DNA of 64,000 nucleotides from Paraphysomonas bandaiensis (Eukaryota; Protista; Chrysophyceae). Where the stretch lies: positions 139,747 through 203,746 of the forward strand of contig CBFFRP010000400.1 in assembly GCA_965644295.1 (NCBI GenBank), read 5' to 3'. Positions 34,611 to 47,080 of this stretch are shown here, piece after piece (within the stretch, counting starts at the first letter, position 1; the number at the start of each line of letters is the position of its first letter). The notes under the pieces were generated by a model, which ran no database searches, had not been told where the DNA came from, and saw only the letters and a program-made list of their open reading frames with translations. Both the position numbers and the translations under genes were made by a program.

Positions 34611-37084
34611 GTTACGACCCGTGAGAAAAATGTGCCAGTCGATGAACTGGCAGTGCCAGTTCATCGACTGGCAGTTTTTGACTATCACTCAAAAACCCAC
34701 CAAGAAAGTGAGCCCGTCAGTGAAGTGGCTTATCCAGCCGTGTTTTTTTTCATTCCACCCACATACCATCGTAAGATATCGTAGTTGATGATTATCGCTC
34801 AATGCAACAGCCTGATAGTAATATAAGTGCTACATATATCATTGTATCAAACAAGAAGGAATGACATCGGTGGTTAAAACTGTCTCATCAGGGAGCACTG
34901 TACGACCAGAAGTTGCATCGTCAGTAGACGACAACACTAGATCTATCACTGATTCCATTAAAATTGAAGAACACAAACGACTGTTCTATCTGAATGCACA
35001 AAACGCTTTCGCAAATTCAATTAAAATTTTCTCTCAGTCGAAATACCTTGAGATCGTCGAGTCGATGAAATCATTTGACTCCAAGCCTCATAGGAACCGC
35101 TCCTGTCTAGACTACCGATGGCTCCTGTTGCAGTATTGGTAAATGAGCACGGTGATACTCCATCAAGAGGGGCGAAAAGTAAAGCAGTGAGTGCCGCACT
35201 AGCTGAACAATGCGAAAGGATGAAAAGATTTTCCACGTCTGGCACTCCAACCGATGAGGCGGAAGTCCTACAGGTGGGTAGTGTTGTTTTAGTCAAACCA
35301 CATCAGGTGGACCGAGGACAAGTTGATGAAATCAGGTTTCCAGTTGTTGTTGTTGAGGTTACCCCCAATGAATTACTTCGTCTGTACGCTCCCGGGGGAG
35401 TTTAAACTCGTGTTATAACCGATCAGATCTGATTCACGAGCCAAATAAGACCCCTGCTTCATACCAACGTCATCTTGGAAACTATGAGAACTGGAGAAAT
35501 TCGAAGACTATATCAGAGAGAGAAGCTGCAACTATGTTTTCTCCATCCCTTGGACAGGGGTTTAGTAATTGTAGTTGCAAGGGTAAGTGCAACAGTAATA
35601 AATGTGTGTGCAAGAAGAATGGATTTCTCTGTAACTAGGTGCCACAAAAGCAATTTGCTTGCGTATTGTAACAAGTAGTTGGTGCCATAGTAAACTACAG
35701 ACTACTACTTAACTGAGTAGAAAAACAACCTTAACAAGTAACATGAATCTTATTTGGTACTGGTTGCATGAATCTTATTAGCAACTAGTGATATATAAAT
35801 CGCTATTTATTAACATCATCAGTACATCAGCTCTAAGTATTTTAGTAGCTATTTACCTTAATATTGTGTCCACTGTCTGCAGATGATATATGTAATGAAT
35901 AGAGTGTAGAAAGCCTATCACATAATAGCCATATTATTGAGTAGATCTTGATTCATATAGAGTCGATATTCATAATAATTGTACATATTCAAACATGGAA
36001 TATGTACAAGCGAAAGCATATACAATAGAGAGCTCATAGTATAAAATAACCCGATAGCTGGTTACTACAAGTAACATGAATATTATTTGCTACTAGTGAT
36101 ATAAACTAACATCACTAGTACATCAGTTATAACTAATGTAATCAGTTGTTATCGTACAGCCTATAAGGAGTATCCGCTGTCATCATATATGTAATGAATA
36201 TAGAGTATCATCTGTACAATAGTACTACATTAATTAAAAACATCAGTATATCAGTTATAAGTAATTTAGTCACTATTTACCTTGTTATCGTGTCCACTGT
36301 ATGGGGAAGTGGACCAACTAATGTCCCCCAGGGACACAGCACTCTGCAGTTGATGTAACGCACATACTGGAAGAATTCCTCACCACGGGTTAATGGCACC
36401 GTCGAAGATCCGATGCGAACTTACTCACAGACATTGGTCCAAAGCTAGGAGATATTACAGACCCCAACCACCAATGGGACCTACATCAATACATCCTCAG
36501 GCGAGACAGCACGTACGCTACACAAACGCAGCGAGACCCGCAGTGGAACGAGGCTCCCACACAAACTCCATCCAATCCGCACCCATAACTCCCCTAACAC
36601 TACATCTCTTTCCCAGACCGCATACGCGAAACGGTATACGTCTGGAACAAATCCTATGCAATGGGAAGAAATCGAGTCAAAAGCAAAACCGGGAATGACC
36701 AGACAACAGCTGCCGCATGCATAGACTGTAGAATCACCAATCAGAGAATATGACAAACCAAGTTAGTAAGACTATACATAGCTTCTAGTCACAACCGTTC
36801 CCATGTAAAAATAAGATATTCTTATGTCTTATCCATGCTCTCATGAAGAAGGAAGTAGCACTGAAGAGGGATACAGATATCTATCTTGATACTGAAGGCT
36901 GGTAGGCTGGAATAGCATCTTGTGGGCTAATAATCAGGAGCTCTTATGATACTAGTTATGAGATGCTGTCTACGCTGGGAATCCGAGTGGACTTGCTGTA
37001 TACTTGACTGTATTTCCCGTATATCGTTTCCTTTCAACATCATCAAACCAGTCGATGAACTGGCAGCTGCCAGTTCATCGACTG
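34610..37084 (+). mobile_element. Internally deleted KRBA2/GingerRoot-like integrase-type DNA transposon lying between two (TACA)n arrays
   Basis: Starts TGT. Fragments VGSVVLVKPHQVDRG..VVVVEV..LRL and GQGFSNCSCKGKCNSNKCVCKKNG.LCN resemble the KRBA2-type C-terminus. No integrase core; stops and frameshifts present. Matching palindromes near both ends (34633-34673, 37049-37084). Confidence 0.65.
35735..36300. repeat. Diverged tandem repeats (~330-bp period) inside the GingerRoot-like element
   Basis: ACAAGTAACATGAAT.TTATTTG at ~35735 and ~36067; TATTTACCTT..TGTCCACTGT at ~35850 and ~36275. Confidence 0.7.
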
Positions 37085-37386
37085 CATACATACATACATA
37101 CATACATACATACATACATACATACATACATACATACATACATACATACATACATACATACATACATACATACATACATACATACATACATACATACCTA
37201 CCTACCTACCTACCTACCTACCTACCTACCTACCTACCTACCTACCTACATACATACATACATACATACATACCTACCTACCTACCTACCTACCTACCTA
37301 CCTACCTACCTACCTACCTACCTACCTACCTACCTACCTACCTACCTACCTACCTACCTACCTACCTACATACATACATACATACA

Positions 37387-37418
<32 letters not shown>

Positions 37419-37800
37419 CATACATACATACATACATACATACATACATACATACATACATACATACATACATACATACATACATACATACATACATACA
37501 TACATACATACATACATACATACATACATACATACATACATACATACATACATACATACATACATACATACATACATACATACATACATACATACATACA
37601 TACATACATACATACATACATACATACATACATACATACATACATACATACATACATACATACATACATACATACATACATACATACATACATACATACA
37701 TACATACATACATACATACATACATACATACATACATACATACATACATACATACATACATACATACATACACACATACATACATATACATGCATATACA
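37085..37800. repeat. (TACA)n microsatellite with two internal (TACC)n blocks
   Basis: Direct observation. Confidence 0.99.
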
Positions 37801-37903
37801 TGCATATGATCTCATGTTGGTCGTGTTTAGTTCTTAGTATCATCCCATAACTCTCAATATCATTTATATCCAGTGTAGTCTGATCTGTTGAGGGATTTGG
37901 ATA

Positions 37904-40900
37904 ATGGGGAATGAGATTACGAAGAAGTATGAGTTACCTGCAGGTGATTATGTATGTCTGTGTGTATGTCTGTGTGTGTATGTATGTGTATGGGTTGATA
38001 TGGAAGGACTCTCATGGAGTATGTGTGTATGTGTTAGTGGTTATATATGCGTGTATACATACGTGATTAGTGTATATATGTATGTATGTATATGTATGTA
38101 TATGTATGTATATGTGTGACACATGTGTCTATATGATATAAGTAACTTATGTACAGAGCACAATGCCACTGCTGGACTCTGTCAACTATGGAAGATATAT
38201 CCTGGCTATAAGATGGCTAAAGATATGACCAAGAGAGAGGTCTCTGTGTGGATAATGACTAAAGATGGACTCTCTAAACGTGATCCAATACCTGTAACTG
38301 AAAAGAGTCATGTAGAACAAGTCTTTCAGATTATGAAGAAAGATGTATTAACTATGAAAGACATGTCTCATGGTGGTATTGTTAAAGTTATTGAGGTATC
38401 ACTTGTTTAGTAGATATTTTCATGTTAATTTTTAGTTAGGTTGTTGAAGAAGGACGAAAAGGTATAGCGTTTGTCACCGAACGGATTGTTTGCTCCCTAG
38501 CCGACCTCTTACAACGATTTGAGTCTATACCTGGGCGGTACAGCTGGCATAGCGTGTATTTGGACCCTAGCGCGACCATAACAGAAGTTGAAATTTCACG
38601 GGGTATTCTAAATATAGCCTCTGGACTACAGTACTTGCACAGTGTTAAGCGCCGACTCCATCTCAATATTAGTCCCGAAAGTATTGTACTAACTCCAAAT
38701 GGTCAGTGGAAGCTTTGTGGTCTGGGTTTCTCTCTCAGTATGACTGCTGACGATGTGAGGGTTGCGCTACCATACTTTCTGAACCAGTCTAATGCACCCA
38801 TTCGCCTCGAGCCGGATGTGCGTTACTGTGCACCTGAAGTGACAGAAGGCGGACTCTCTCCTGGTGGTAATATTCGTTATGCTTCTATCCCCACTGACAT
38901 TTTTGCTCTTGGTCTCTTGGGGTTTGAGGTATATCGTTACAACCTTCAAACCGCAATGCAGGGCAGAACCCATATACCTGTACTTGACGTGAATAATAAC
39001 AGCATATCTGAGCATTGCTCAAAAGTATTGGATGCCATCGCGAAATTAGACTACTCTTCTGTGCCTCTTGCTCTGAGACAAGTGGTAACAGGAATGCTGC
39101 AGGCCTCCGCGGCCGCACGTGTATCGGCACTGGATATCATTAACAACCCGTTTTTCCATTCTGGGGATCTCGCTGTACTGAAGGCTATGGATGAGCTGCC
39201 TTCCAAAGATGTGGGTTCCCAAGCATCTAATTTGGCATCCTTACCGTCACAAATTAGCCATTTCTCACCCCGCCTAATAGAGAATTCCATACTTCCTGTT
39301 GTTTGCTTGATAGGAACGGCAAACCCAGCTATGTGGTCTTACACTCTGCCTGTACTGGCTTTCATTTCGTCCAAGATACCCTCGCAGTCATTTCTACGCG
39401 TAGCAACACCTGCAATTACCAAGGGACTCGCTGTGTCTGACTTTACAGAAACGATATATGCCTTCGTGAAGCATGTAGACCTTTTGCTGGACAATTTTGA
39501 CATGCAATATTTTCAACAGAATGTCGTCCCAATGCTGTGTAATGGGGTGGATCGACAGAGTTCTCCATCTTTACAGGTGTCTGCCATCAAAGTTCTGGTT
39601 GACGACAGGGTGCAGAAACATATTGATCAAGATACTTTTCTGACTGAAATAGTGCCTCGAGTTTGCAAGGAGGCGTGCAAGAATGCAGACGTCGACGTCA
39701 AGGTACGACCGGCTGTAATATACTAGTTTTGTTCCCAGATGTCCAAGTGCATGTTGTTACCATTAACAGTTGCCTATGTTTTGTTCCCAGATGTCGTTCT
39801 TTTTCCTAATTGTGTTCTCTGCAGCTGAGGGCTCTCTATTTGTTGTCAGTTACTGCCTCTCGATTCGACAGAAACTTCGTCACAAAAAATATATTCCCAT
39901 CTCTGAAACATATCCTTGAGAAAGCACCTCCACCCCAGGTTTCGATGGCGTGCGTGGGTGTCTACAGTGCAATGCAGCCGCTTGTAAACTCTGACTCCCT
40001 GTGCACTGCTGTTCTTCCAGTTCTCGTGCCTATCTTGGCGGACCGGACACTTAACAGAGAGCAGTTTGAACTACTCACGAACCGCATACTGTTCTTTCAG
40101 CAGCTTGTATTGACTGACCGTACCAATGAATATAGTATTCCTGAAATACGAGTCTGGAATAATCAGAAGCCTAAAGGGTACTTCTTCAAGGAAGATGCAG
40201 ACAAGGCAAAGGGTATAAACAGTGGAATGATAACTCCTCAGGCTCCCCCTCCACCCCCACCTGCACCACACAGTTCTTCCAACAGCACAGCCCCCCCCCC
40301 TGTACCGTCCAAACCCCCACCTGCTGTCCCATCATCAGCACCTCCTAGCGTGCCTAATAAGCCACCTAGCGTACCAAGTAAACCACCTAGTGTGCCTAGC
40401 AGCGCCCCGTCAAGTTCTCCTCCTCCAGTACCACAGAAACCCCCCAGTATACCTGCTACGGCCGCCCCTAGCGTTCCCCCGAAGCTTCCTGCTGCTCCTC
40501 CTGTTCCAGAAGCTGCTACTTCCGGTTCATCCCTAGCATCATTCTTTTCTTCGTCGTCTTCGGCCGCCACCACACAGTCTACTGCAGCCTACACTCCTCC
40601 CTCAGTACCCTCGCCTGCCCCTGCTACTGCTAATGACCCCAACGACATTGATATCGATGACTTCATGTCTTCTTTCAAAAAATCATCCAATACATCTACT
40701 AGCGCAACCACGACGTCTGGATCTAGTAATCCACCCCCATTCACCCCTACGATCCCACCTCCAAAGAGAGCTTCTTACTCGGATAAACCTCAGCAGCAGC
40801 CTGTGCAACAGTCAGGTGGATGGGGAGCGGGGGGTATGGATATGTTTGGTGATATGACACTCTCTCAGCACTCAAACTCATCGGCTGGTAGCTCAAGTGG

Positions 40901-41375
40901 TATGGGAGGAAATAGCATGCCTGCTGGCGGGGGTTTTAATACAGGCAACATGGGTGGTAGTGCTAGTGACTCAGCGTCTATAGAAGAGCAGATACGACGT
41001 ACACAAGCTGAGATCGCCCGTCTTTCTGGCCAGCAGCAAGGTTCAGGGTACGGTCAGCAAGGGAACATGCAATATAACTCTCAGCCAAATTATAACCAAC
41101 AACAGTACGGAGGCTATGGGCAGCAACAACAGCAGATGGACTTTTTTGGAATGGGTTCCCCGTCCTATCCCCAGCAACAACCACAACAGCAGCAGTTTGG
41201 GTCGCAAGGCATGGGTTATAACCCTCCTCAGCAGCAGCAGTACTCTCACCAAGCTTATGGTGGACAATCAGGACAGTCTGGTGGTGGTGGGGGCTATCAG
41301 CCACCTTCAATACCGCAACAGCAGCAGCAAAGCAGTAACAATAATGATCCTTTTGGATTCTTGGACTTTAAGTAG
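37904..41375 (+). CDS. SCYL2: SCY1-like pseudokinase (SCYL2-like), 4 exons
   Basis: MGNEITKKY, WKIYPG, VSVW, FVTERI..SL, GLQYLH..HLNISPESI..GQWKLCGLGF, YCAPE; HEAT-like helical region; Pro/Gln-rich tail ending in DPF. Confidence 0.85.
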
Positions 41376-41990
41376 TTGGATGAGTATGGCCGATCAATAA
41401 TAGTAGTTATTATAGGAATGTGATCTAATTAGAAGATAAGTTTTATAACTACTAATGAAGTTTGCAGTAAATATTTATCGTCGTACTGTGTTCAAATGTA
41501 GCGTATGCTGAAGAAAAATTACTATACGTAGATATTACATATCACTGAAGTGGAAAATATTTCTCAGCGCCCAAAATATATAATAATATTTAGTACTGGT
41601 CATTAAAATAATATTATTATATATTTTTGCTGGCAATATATTGTTATTCCCATTTTGTCTAAAAAATTCTTTATTTTGACCTAAATTAAGATCAACAGAA
41701 CGCTCATAATAGCATCGGGAAAATATAGACTTCTACAGAAACACTTCTACCTTCATTATGATATTCACAGTCATAAGTCATAAGTACACTGTAATATTAC
41801 CTATAATAGATTATAGAGAAACCACAACGATGAGTTAACTTTAAAAAGCAGATCATCAAACACTCCAAGTTTTAATCCATCCTTTTCTTCGTCTGATATG
41901 AAGATCATAATAATATTATGTGCAAGCAATTTATCTTCATAACCTCCTGGGCTTCGAAACAACTTCAAGAATATTACAGAAGAGTTTAAG

Positions 41991-42620
41991 TGTCATATAT
42001 GATGTATTATGATATTATATACTGAATAGGTGATTAAGAGCAGTGGCTCCCAGTTCTTTCAGGGTCAGTTCGTGCTTATCAGGATATTGTGTGTGCTTCG
42101 TATCGCGTAGACACACCATTCTAATCAAGTGCACTAGTAGAGGTTAAGAGTGTTGGATATAAATGTGATGATGGTGTGCTATATTATAGCATTTTGGGTA
42201 TAGTGAATGTCTATTTATTAGAAATAGGCGTGTAAGAGCCAGAACTTATGCGGAATTGCAATTTAACTAAATTGTGCTTAATTCTGATATCCTACTATGT
42301 TCAATTAGCGCTACGACAGCTACTTGTGCGTCACCGCAAGCACCAAGGTGCAACCACTTTCGCTCTTTCTGTCCTGAAGGTGAACTATCCTTCACTAGGT
42401 AGCCAAATACCCGGCTACCCTTGAGGTGGGCCATTCCCGGATGCCTCCTCATTCGTCGAGGCCCAAGCACGTCTACACAAGTCACACTTATTAGTGTCCC
42501 TTGCACCACACAAGCATTTGGCTGTGAGTGGGCAGAACAATATCTGGTGACTGTATGCGCGGCTCACGTTTCTTTCCTGGAGAAATGTTTCCGGTACTTA
42601 TCCCCCATAGTCCGACTGTG
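41991..42620 (+). mobile_element. Candidate LTR (41991-42223) plus hairpin-rich leader, same family as 8570-9297
   Basis: TATTAGAA-ATAGGCGT junction; inverted copy of the 8571-8630 core at 42305-42362; several short stems in 42375-42530. Confidence 0.5.
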
Positions 42621-42721
42621 TTGAGAGATGGAATACTAGGATGTAAGAGTTAAGGACTAGCTAGTAAAATTGTTTTTGCTTCATTAATGTAACATTAGTT
42701 CTGAGCTAATAATACGATATT

Positions 42722-43220
42722 CACGACAACTTGGTGGTTCGGGCGACGCACAAGCAGCTGTCGTAGCGCTAAATAGTAGAATAACAGAGTTAAGCTTAAG
42801 TTAGTTAAATTGCAATGCTACATTCGTAGCGCTACATAGTAGAATAACAGAGTTAAGCTTAAGTTAGTTAAATTGCGATTCTACATTAGTTCTGATTCTG
42901 ACACCATTAAATTACACTTGTAGTAGCACAGTACAGACTGAATTACGGTAAAAGATATATATTGAAATTATGATGTTGTAGCACTGTTATTGATTAGACA
43001 CATCATCACTAACACCAAAATTCTGTTCTACAAATCGTATCTTTAAAGCTACTATATTTTCAGTTTCATTGTATACTTTTATTGCTACTCCTATATTTGT
43101 ATTACTGTATATTCTGTATTTCTTTTGTACATAGCATACATGATAGCTACATATTGCTTCACGTACGCACGTAGGAGTTGAATGTAGTTCAATATACATG
43201 CCTATTGCTAATAATCAGAC
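42722..43220 (-). mobile_element. Further fragment of the same leader family, with a local tandem duplication and a PBS-like TGGTGTCAGAA (minus strand, 42896-42906)
   Basis: GCGACGCACAAGCAGCTGTCGTAGCGC at 42743; GCCTATTGCTAATAAT at 43200; duplicated CGTAGCGCTA.ATAGTAGAATAACAGAGTTAAGCTTAAG. Confidence 0.5.
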
Positions 43221-43769
43221 ATTCACTACTGCTCATACAATTCTACAGCTACTTTACGTAGGACATATATATGTTCAGGTAGAGTAATAATAGCTCCCAT
43301 CAATAATACCAATATTTGGCATAACCGAGTTCCATATTATTCAACCCCCATCAACTCAAATTCTGAAATACTACTTACAAACTTTATATATTTCTTTATT
43401 TTTCCATGCACTAAAAATATCAATGGCTCTATTGCGTGGTGATTATATTCATCACGCTTTCCTAAATATTCTAATTTCATGAAAGAAATCGCTTCCTTTT
43501 ATGCTAATAAGCATATTCAACTAGAAAGCGTTCATAAAAGCACTTTTTCCCCGAGTTTGGAAAAAGCTTACCCACACAGCAACATAAATAATTATAAAAT
43601 TGTGAAAAAAAAGTTGATGAAAGCGTAATATACAGAGTCTTCTTCCGAGTGTTGTGGATTCTCTGCGTCATTTTTGTTTGGTGAGATGAACTCGAGAAAG
43701 TGAGACTTTACGGGGGCAATATATTCGTTAGATACAAAAAGTATCCCTTGCTGCGACAAAAGTTAAGGA

Positions 43770-44130
43770 ACAGACTTTGCACAACGTGTTCTGGACAGCA
43801 TCGAGACCACCAAGAGAGCTCGACTCACGAGTAGCCCAACTAACAGAGTGTGCTTCATATCGAAACACAATCTAATTTCATGTTGTTGAGAGACTATATA
43901 GTCGTCTATAGTTGATTGTAATACCTGAATGCATAACGTCTCGAATCATTGCTATTCGTACGATCCAACTACATATTATGGGATGCTACTACCCTCCACG
44001 AAGCCTTGCAAGAAGACCCTGATATGCCAGTGAAGCAAGATGATGATGATGATGTGTAGTTACGAGACGTAGTCTATGTAACCTCATTCGTAAGTAAGAT
44101 GGCATCATACTATCTATTATGAGTGATCTT
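43770..44130 (+). mobile_element. hAT-like remnant, copy 2
   Basis: Nucleotide similarity to 32010-32370 (TTTGCACA..GTGTTCTGGACAGC, CACCAAGAGAGCT, CTATCTATTATGAG). Confidence 0.7.
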
Positions 44131-44734
44131 ATCCAGTTAATCATTGACGGTTACCAGCCTCTGTGATAGATATACATAACTCATAGTGCTATGAATGCAA
44201 TAATCATTGCAATTAAGGCATAGAAAATGCATCAGTAATGCTCTTATTAATCATATCTTATTATCTTATAACAATATCTGCCATTAGTTGCATTGTGTTG
44301 CATTGTTTTCTAAGTGTGTATCTGTGTGTTGTATCTTGCATTTTAATGTACGTAATAATCCATACATAACTACAGCAGTACGCCCCATATCTACACATAC
44401 TATACATGTACATCTGTATCTACAGTACAGCAGTACATATATGTACAAATACATGTACTTTTGTATGTACTGCTGTACATATAACAGAGTACTCTGTACG
44501 TTGTATATACAGCAGTACATAACATGTACAGTATACCTGTATATGGAAAACCTTGAAAATTGTGTGAAAACCATGGAGTTTCAAGGTCACAATATTCTAT
44601 AATTGACATACTGTTGCTGTCTGTGAATCAGGCGAAAAAATCCAGTTTTTTTTGTTGTATTCTGTTTTTTGATGATATATACACACAACGTAAAAAGGGT
44701 GATTTTTGACCTGATGAAGATACCGTATACCGTA

Positions 44735-44878
44735 TTCGTATTCGTATATTTTTGTTCAAAGATGCCTCTAATATTGAGGCAATAAATATCTGTATTCTAG
44801 CCGTAGTTGTATCACAGTAATAAGAAGATTTATGCTTCAATTTATTTCCGAAAAATAAGATGCATACGACTGTTGTAG
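44735..44878 (+). mobile_element. MITE family A, copy 4 (ends degraded)
   Basis: Core match TATTTTTGTTCAAAGATGCCTCTAATATTGAG. Confidence 0.8.
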
Positions 44879-44992
44879 GCACACAGACATGATGTATCTA
44901 CACTGTACATATATCTACACAGCACACACATTGCAATATATCTCGATAACGGGTTCATATTACTGCAGTGTTTATTGCGGTATATTGACGGT

Positions 44993-46372
44993 ATGGAAGG
45001 GTGTTTCTTATCCCCCAATGAGCTGAGCAACCGTCTTCGAGAGGCAACTATCGATGCAAGTGCCGACAGCACTGAGATCAGGATGGTTCATGTGGCCCCT
45101 AAGACTTTATCTACATTTGCCACTGCTCTTCATAGAGGATTTCAAATGCTCCAGCAACTGATGGTTAACATTAAACCTGTGGTGTGTGTGGATGACTCCT
45201 CTATGTGTCCAGCGGAGTTTGTGGATAGCATTCAAGAGGAGTTGAGAGGGGCGGACATTGTCCTCATAGAGGTACATGGTGCTGAACAAGAAGTTCGAAT
45301 ACTAGAAAGTGTGTTGGATTACTGCAAAGAAAAGTCTAACAAAGTTATGGTGCTAATACATCGTCCAGAAGAGTTTATACTACGCATCAAAAGAGAGCGT
45401 GGCATCAGTACTGTTGAGACTCATACCGCTCTAGCTGAGTTGTTCAATGATGTACACGCAATAATACTTTTAGGGAAGTCAGGAATCCAGAGGTATTCAC
45501 CAATATGTCCTCATAAAAGAGTGACGGCTATCTTTCACCCTTATTTCGATGCGCGACCTATTCCAGATAGTCCCCGAAGATACAGACCTGACTCAGTTGT
45601 GATAATAGGGTCTAACACTACCTGGGGTGAAATGCGTGATATATCGGATGTCGACAGTCTGTTAGCTTCCCTCCGGGTCTTTAGTGATGAAAGTGTTAAG
45701 GTTATAGGGTATATTTCAGGAAATATTCAGTCGAAACATGTCGATGTGATGAAGTATATCTCCAGGCAGAATTCTACCGTCCTTTTCCTCTCCAACGAAA
45801 TGATTGAAAAAGCATATAGCGAGGCGCTATTTATTGATGAAGATAGCTTTCGCGAGTGGCTGTATAAAGTATCAGACAGTGGCAAGCGATTAATTATACG
45901 AGGTCGTGTGGTGCACACTCGTACTGAAGCTGACGTCATTTCGAACATCATTTGTGAAAGTTTGCCGCCCTCAACAGACGACTTGATAAATGTTTGGGAA
46001 TCTCGTTTAGTGGATTTTAACCTGCAACTCTATAGAGAAAATCTTAGAGATTTGCGTGATTCGAACAGAGATATGCCTAAGGAAGAGTACTCAGGAACAT
46101 TACACAAAGGCCTACCTGAAATATTTGTTGTGTTTGAATCGCCTTCTATGGATGATGTGGGCAAGGACGAAGGCCTACAAATGCTCACCGTATCATCCCA
46201 CGATTTCCGTAATCCTGACTTTACAGAAACTTCGAAACAGATAATCCATCTAATCCGTACGCCGGAGGAGCGCTTAGGTATACTTCGGCACAATTTCACC
46301 ATTGCACAGAGGAATAGTCCAGAAAAGGCTGCTTATGGCTATTATATATTAGCAAGAGAGCTTGAGGGTTAA
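44993..46372 (+). CDS. Intronless uncharacterised protein, possibly GT-B fold (GT4-like) glycosyltransferase
   Basis: 459-aa ORF from ATG 44993. DIVLIE.H, KVMVLIH, KRVTAIFHP, YSGTL and a C-terminal LIRTPEER..A..Y helix pattern are reminiscent of GT4. Confidence 0.55.
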   Translation: MEGCFLSPNELSNRLREATIDASADSTEIRMVHVAPKTLSTFATALHRGFQMLQQLMVNIKPVVCVDDSSMCPAEFVDSIQEELRGADIVLIEVHGAEQEVRILESVLDYCKEKSNKVMVLIHRPEEFILRIKRERGISTVETHTALAELFNDVHAIILLGKSGIQRYSPICPHKRVTAIFHPYFDARPIPDSPRRYRPDSVVIIGSNTTWGEMRDISDVDSLLASLRVFSDESVKVIGYISGNIQSKHVDVMKYISRQNSTVLFLSNEMIEKAYSEALFIDEDSFREWLYKVSDSGKRLIIRGRVVHTRTEADVISNIICESLPPSTDDLINVWESRLVDFNLQLYRENLRDLRDSNRDMPKEEYSGTLHKGLPEIFVVFESPSMDDVGKDEGLQMLTVSSHDFRNPDFTETSKQIIHLIRTPEERLGILRHNFTIAQRNSPEKAAYGYYILARELEG

Positions 46373-47080
46373 TCGCATTAAGCGGTAGGGTCCCAGTCAT
46401 TGATAGTGGTGTATGTCCTGTTAACTACAACAATACAGTTACAGTAAGCACCAATAAGTAAAATTTGTAATATAACACTTTATTCTTGCAGTAGTACGAT
46501 GAAATAATGTAGAGTAAAATAAGATTGAGAATGCCTACCTACAGGTGTCTAGTTCTGCAAAATTAGTAATATCTGACTTGCGGTATTGTATATCTCCGAC
46601 ATTAATATGCTGCTACCATTATATATTCAGTTGAATTTGAACGAAAATAATGGTTCACTAGATTGAAAGGCATAGGTTGAAGTAAGTAGTGTATTATTCT
46701 ACAAGCAGTGGATAGGTAGATATCTTGAACATATATATTATCACGTTATCACCTTGTTCAACTTCGTTTGCTGCCTTCGTAGGTTAGAGTATAATATTTT
46801 ATAAAGTTTCTCATTTCTAAATCTATTGTAATGTCTTGAAGTGCATATTGTATCCTAAAGTATCTTATGATTTACAGAAGGTTGTCTACTCAGTAAACAA
46901 AAGCCACGTCTAAGGTGATTCGCTGTGTCTCGAGGTACTAATACTCGTCATACAGATTACACCATTACACAATGTATAAGCAATAGCAATGAGATGGAAG
47001 CAATACTGTGCACAGTGTTTGTTTAGACTTTTTCAGCGTAATGTGTATATTAATTTAATGAGATTTTCAAAATGGTGCTA

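Noticed and set aside
19331-37904. NMT located near two genes with MG- myristoylation-type starts (CDPK, SCYL2)
   Set aside because: Such N-termini are common; no evidence of functional clustering.
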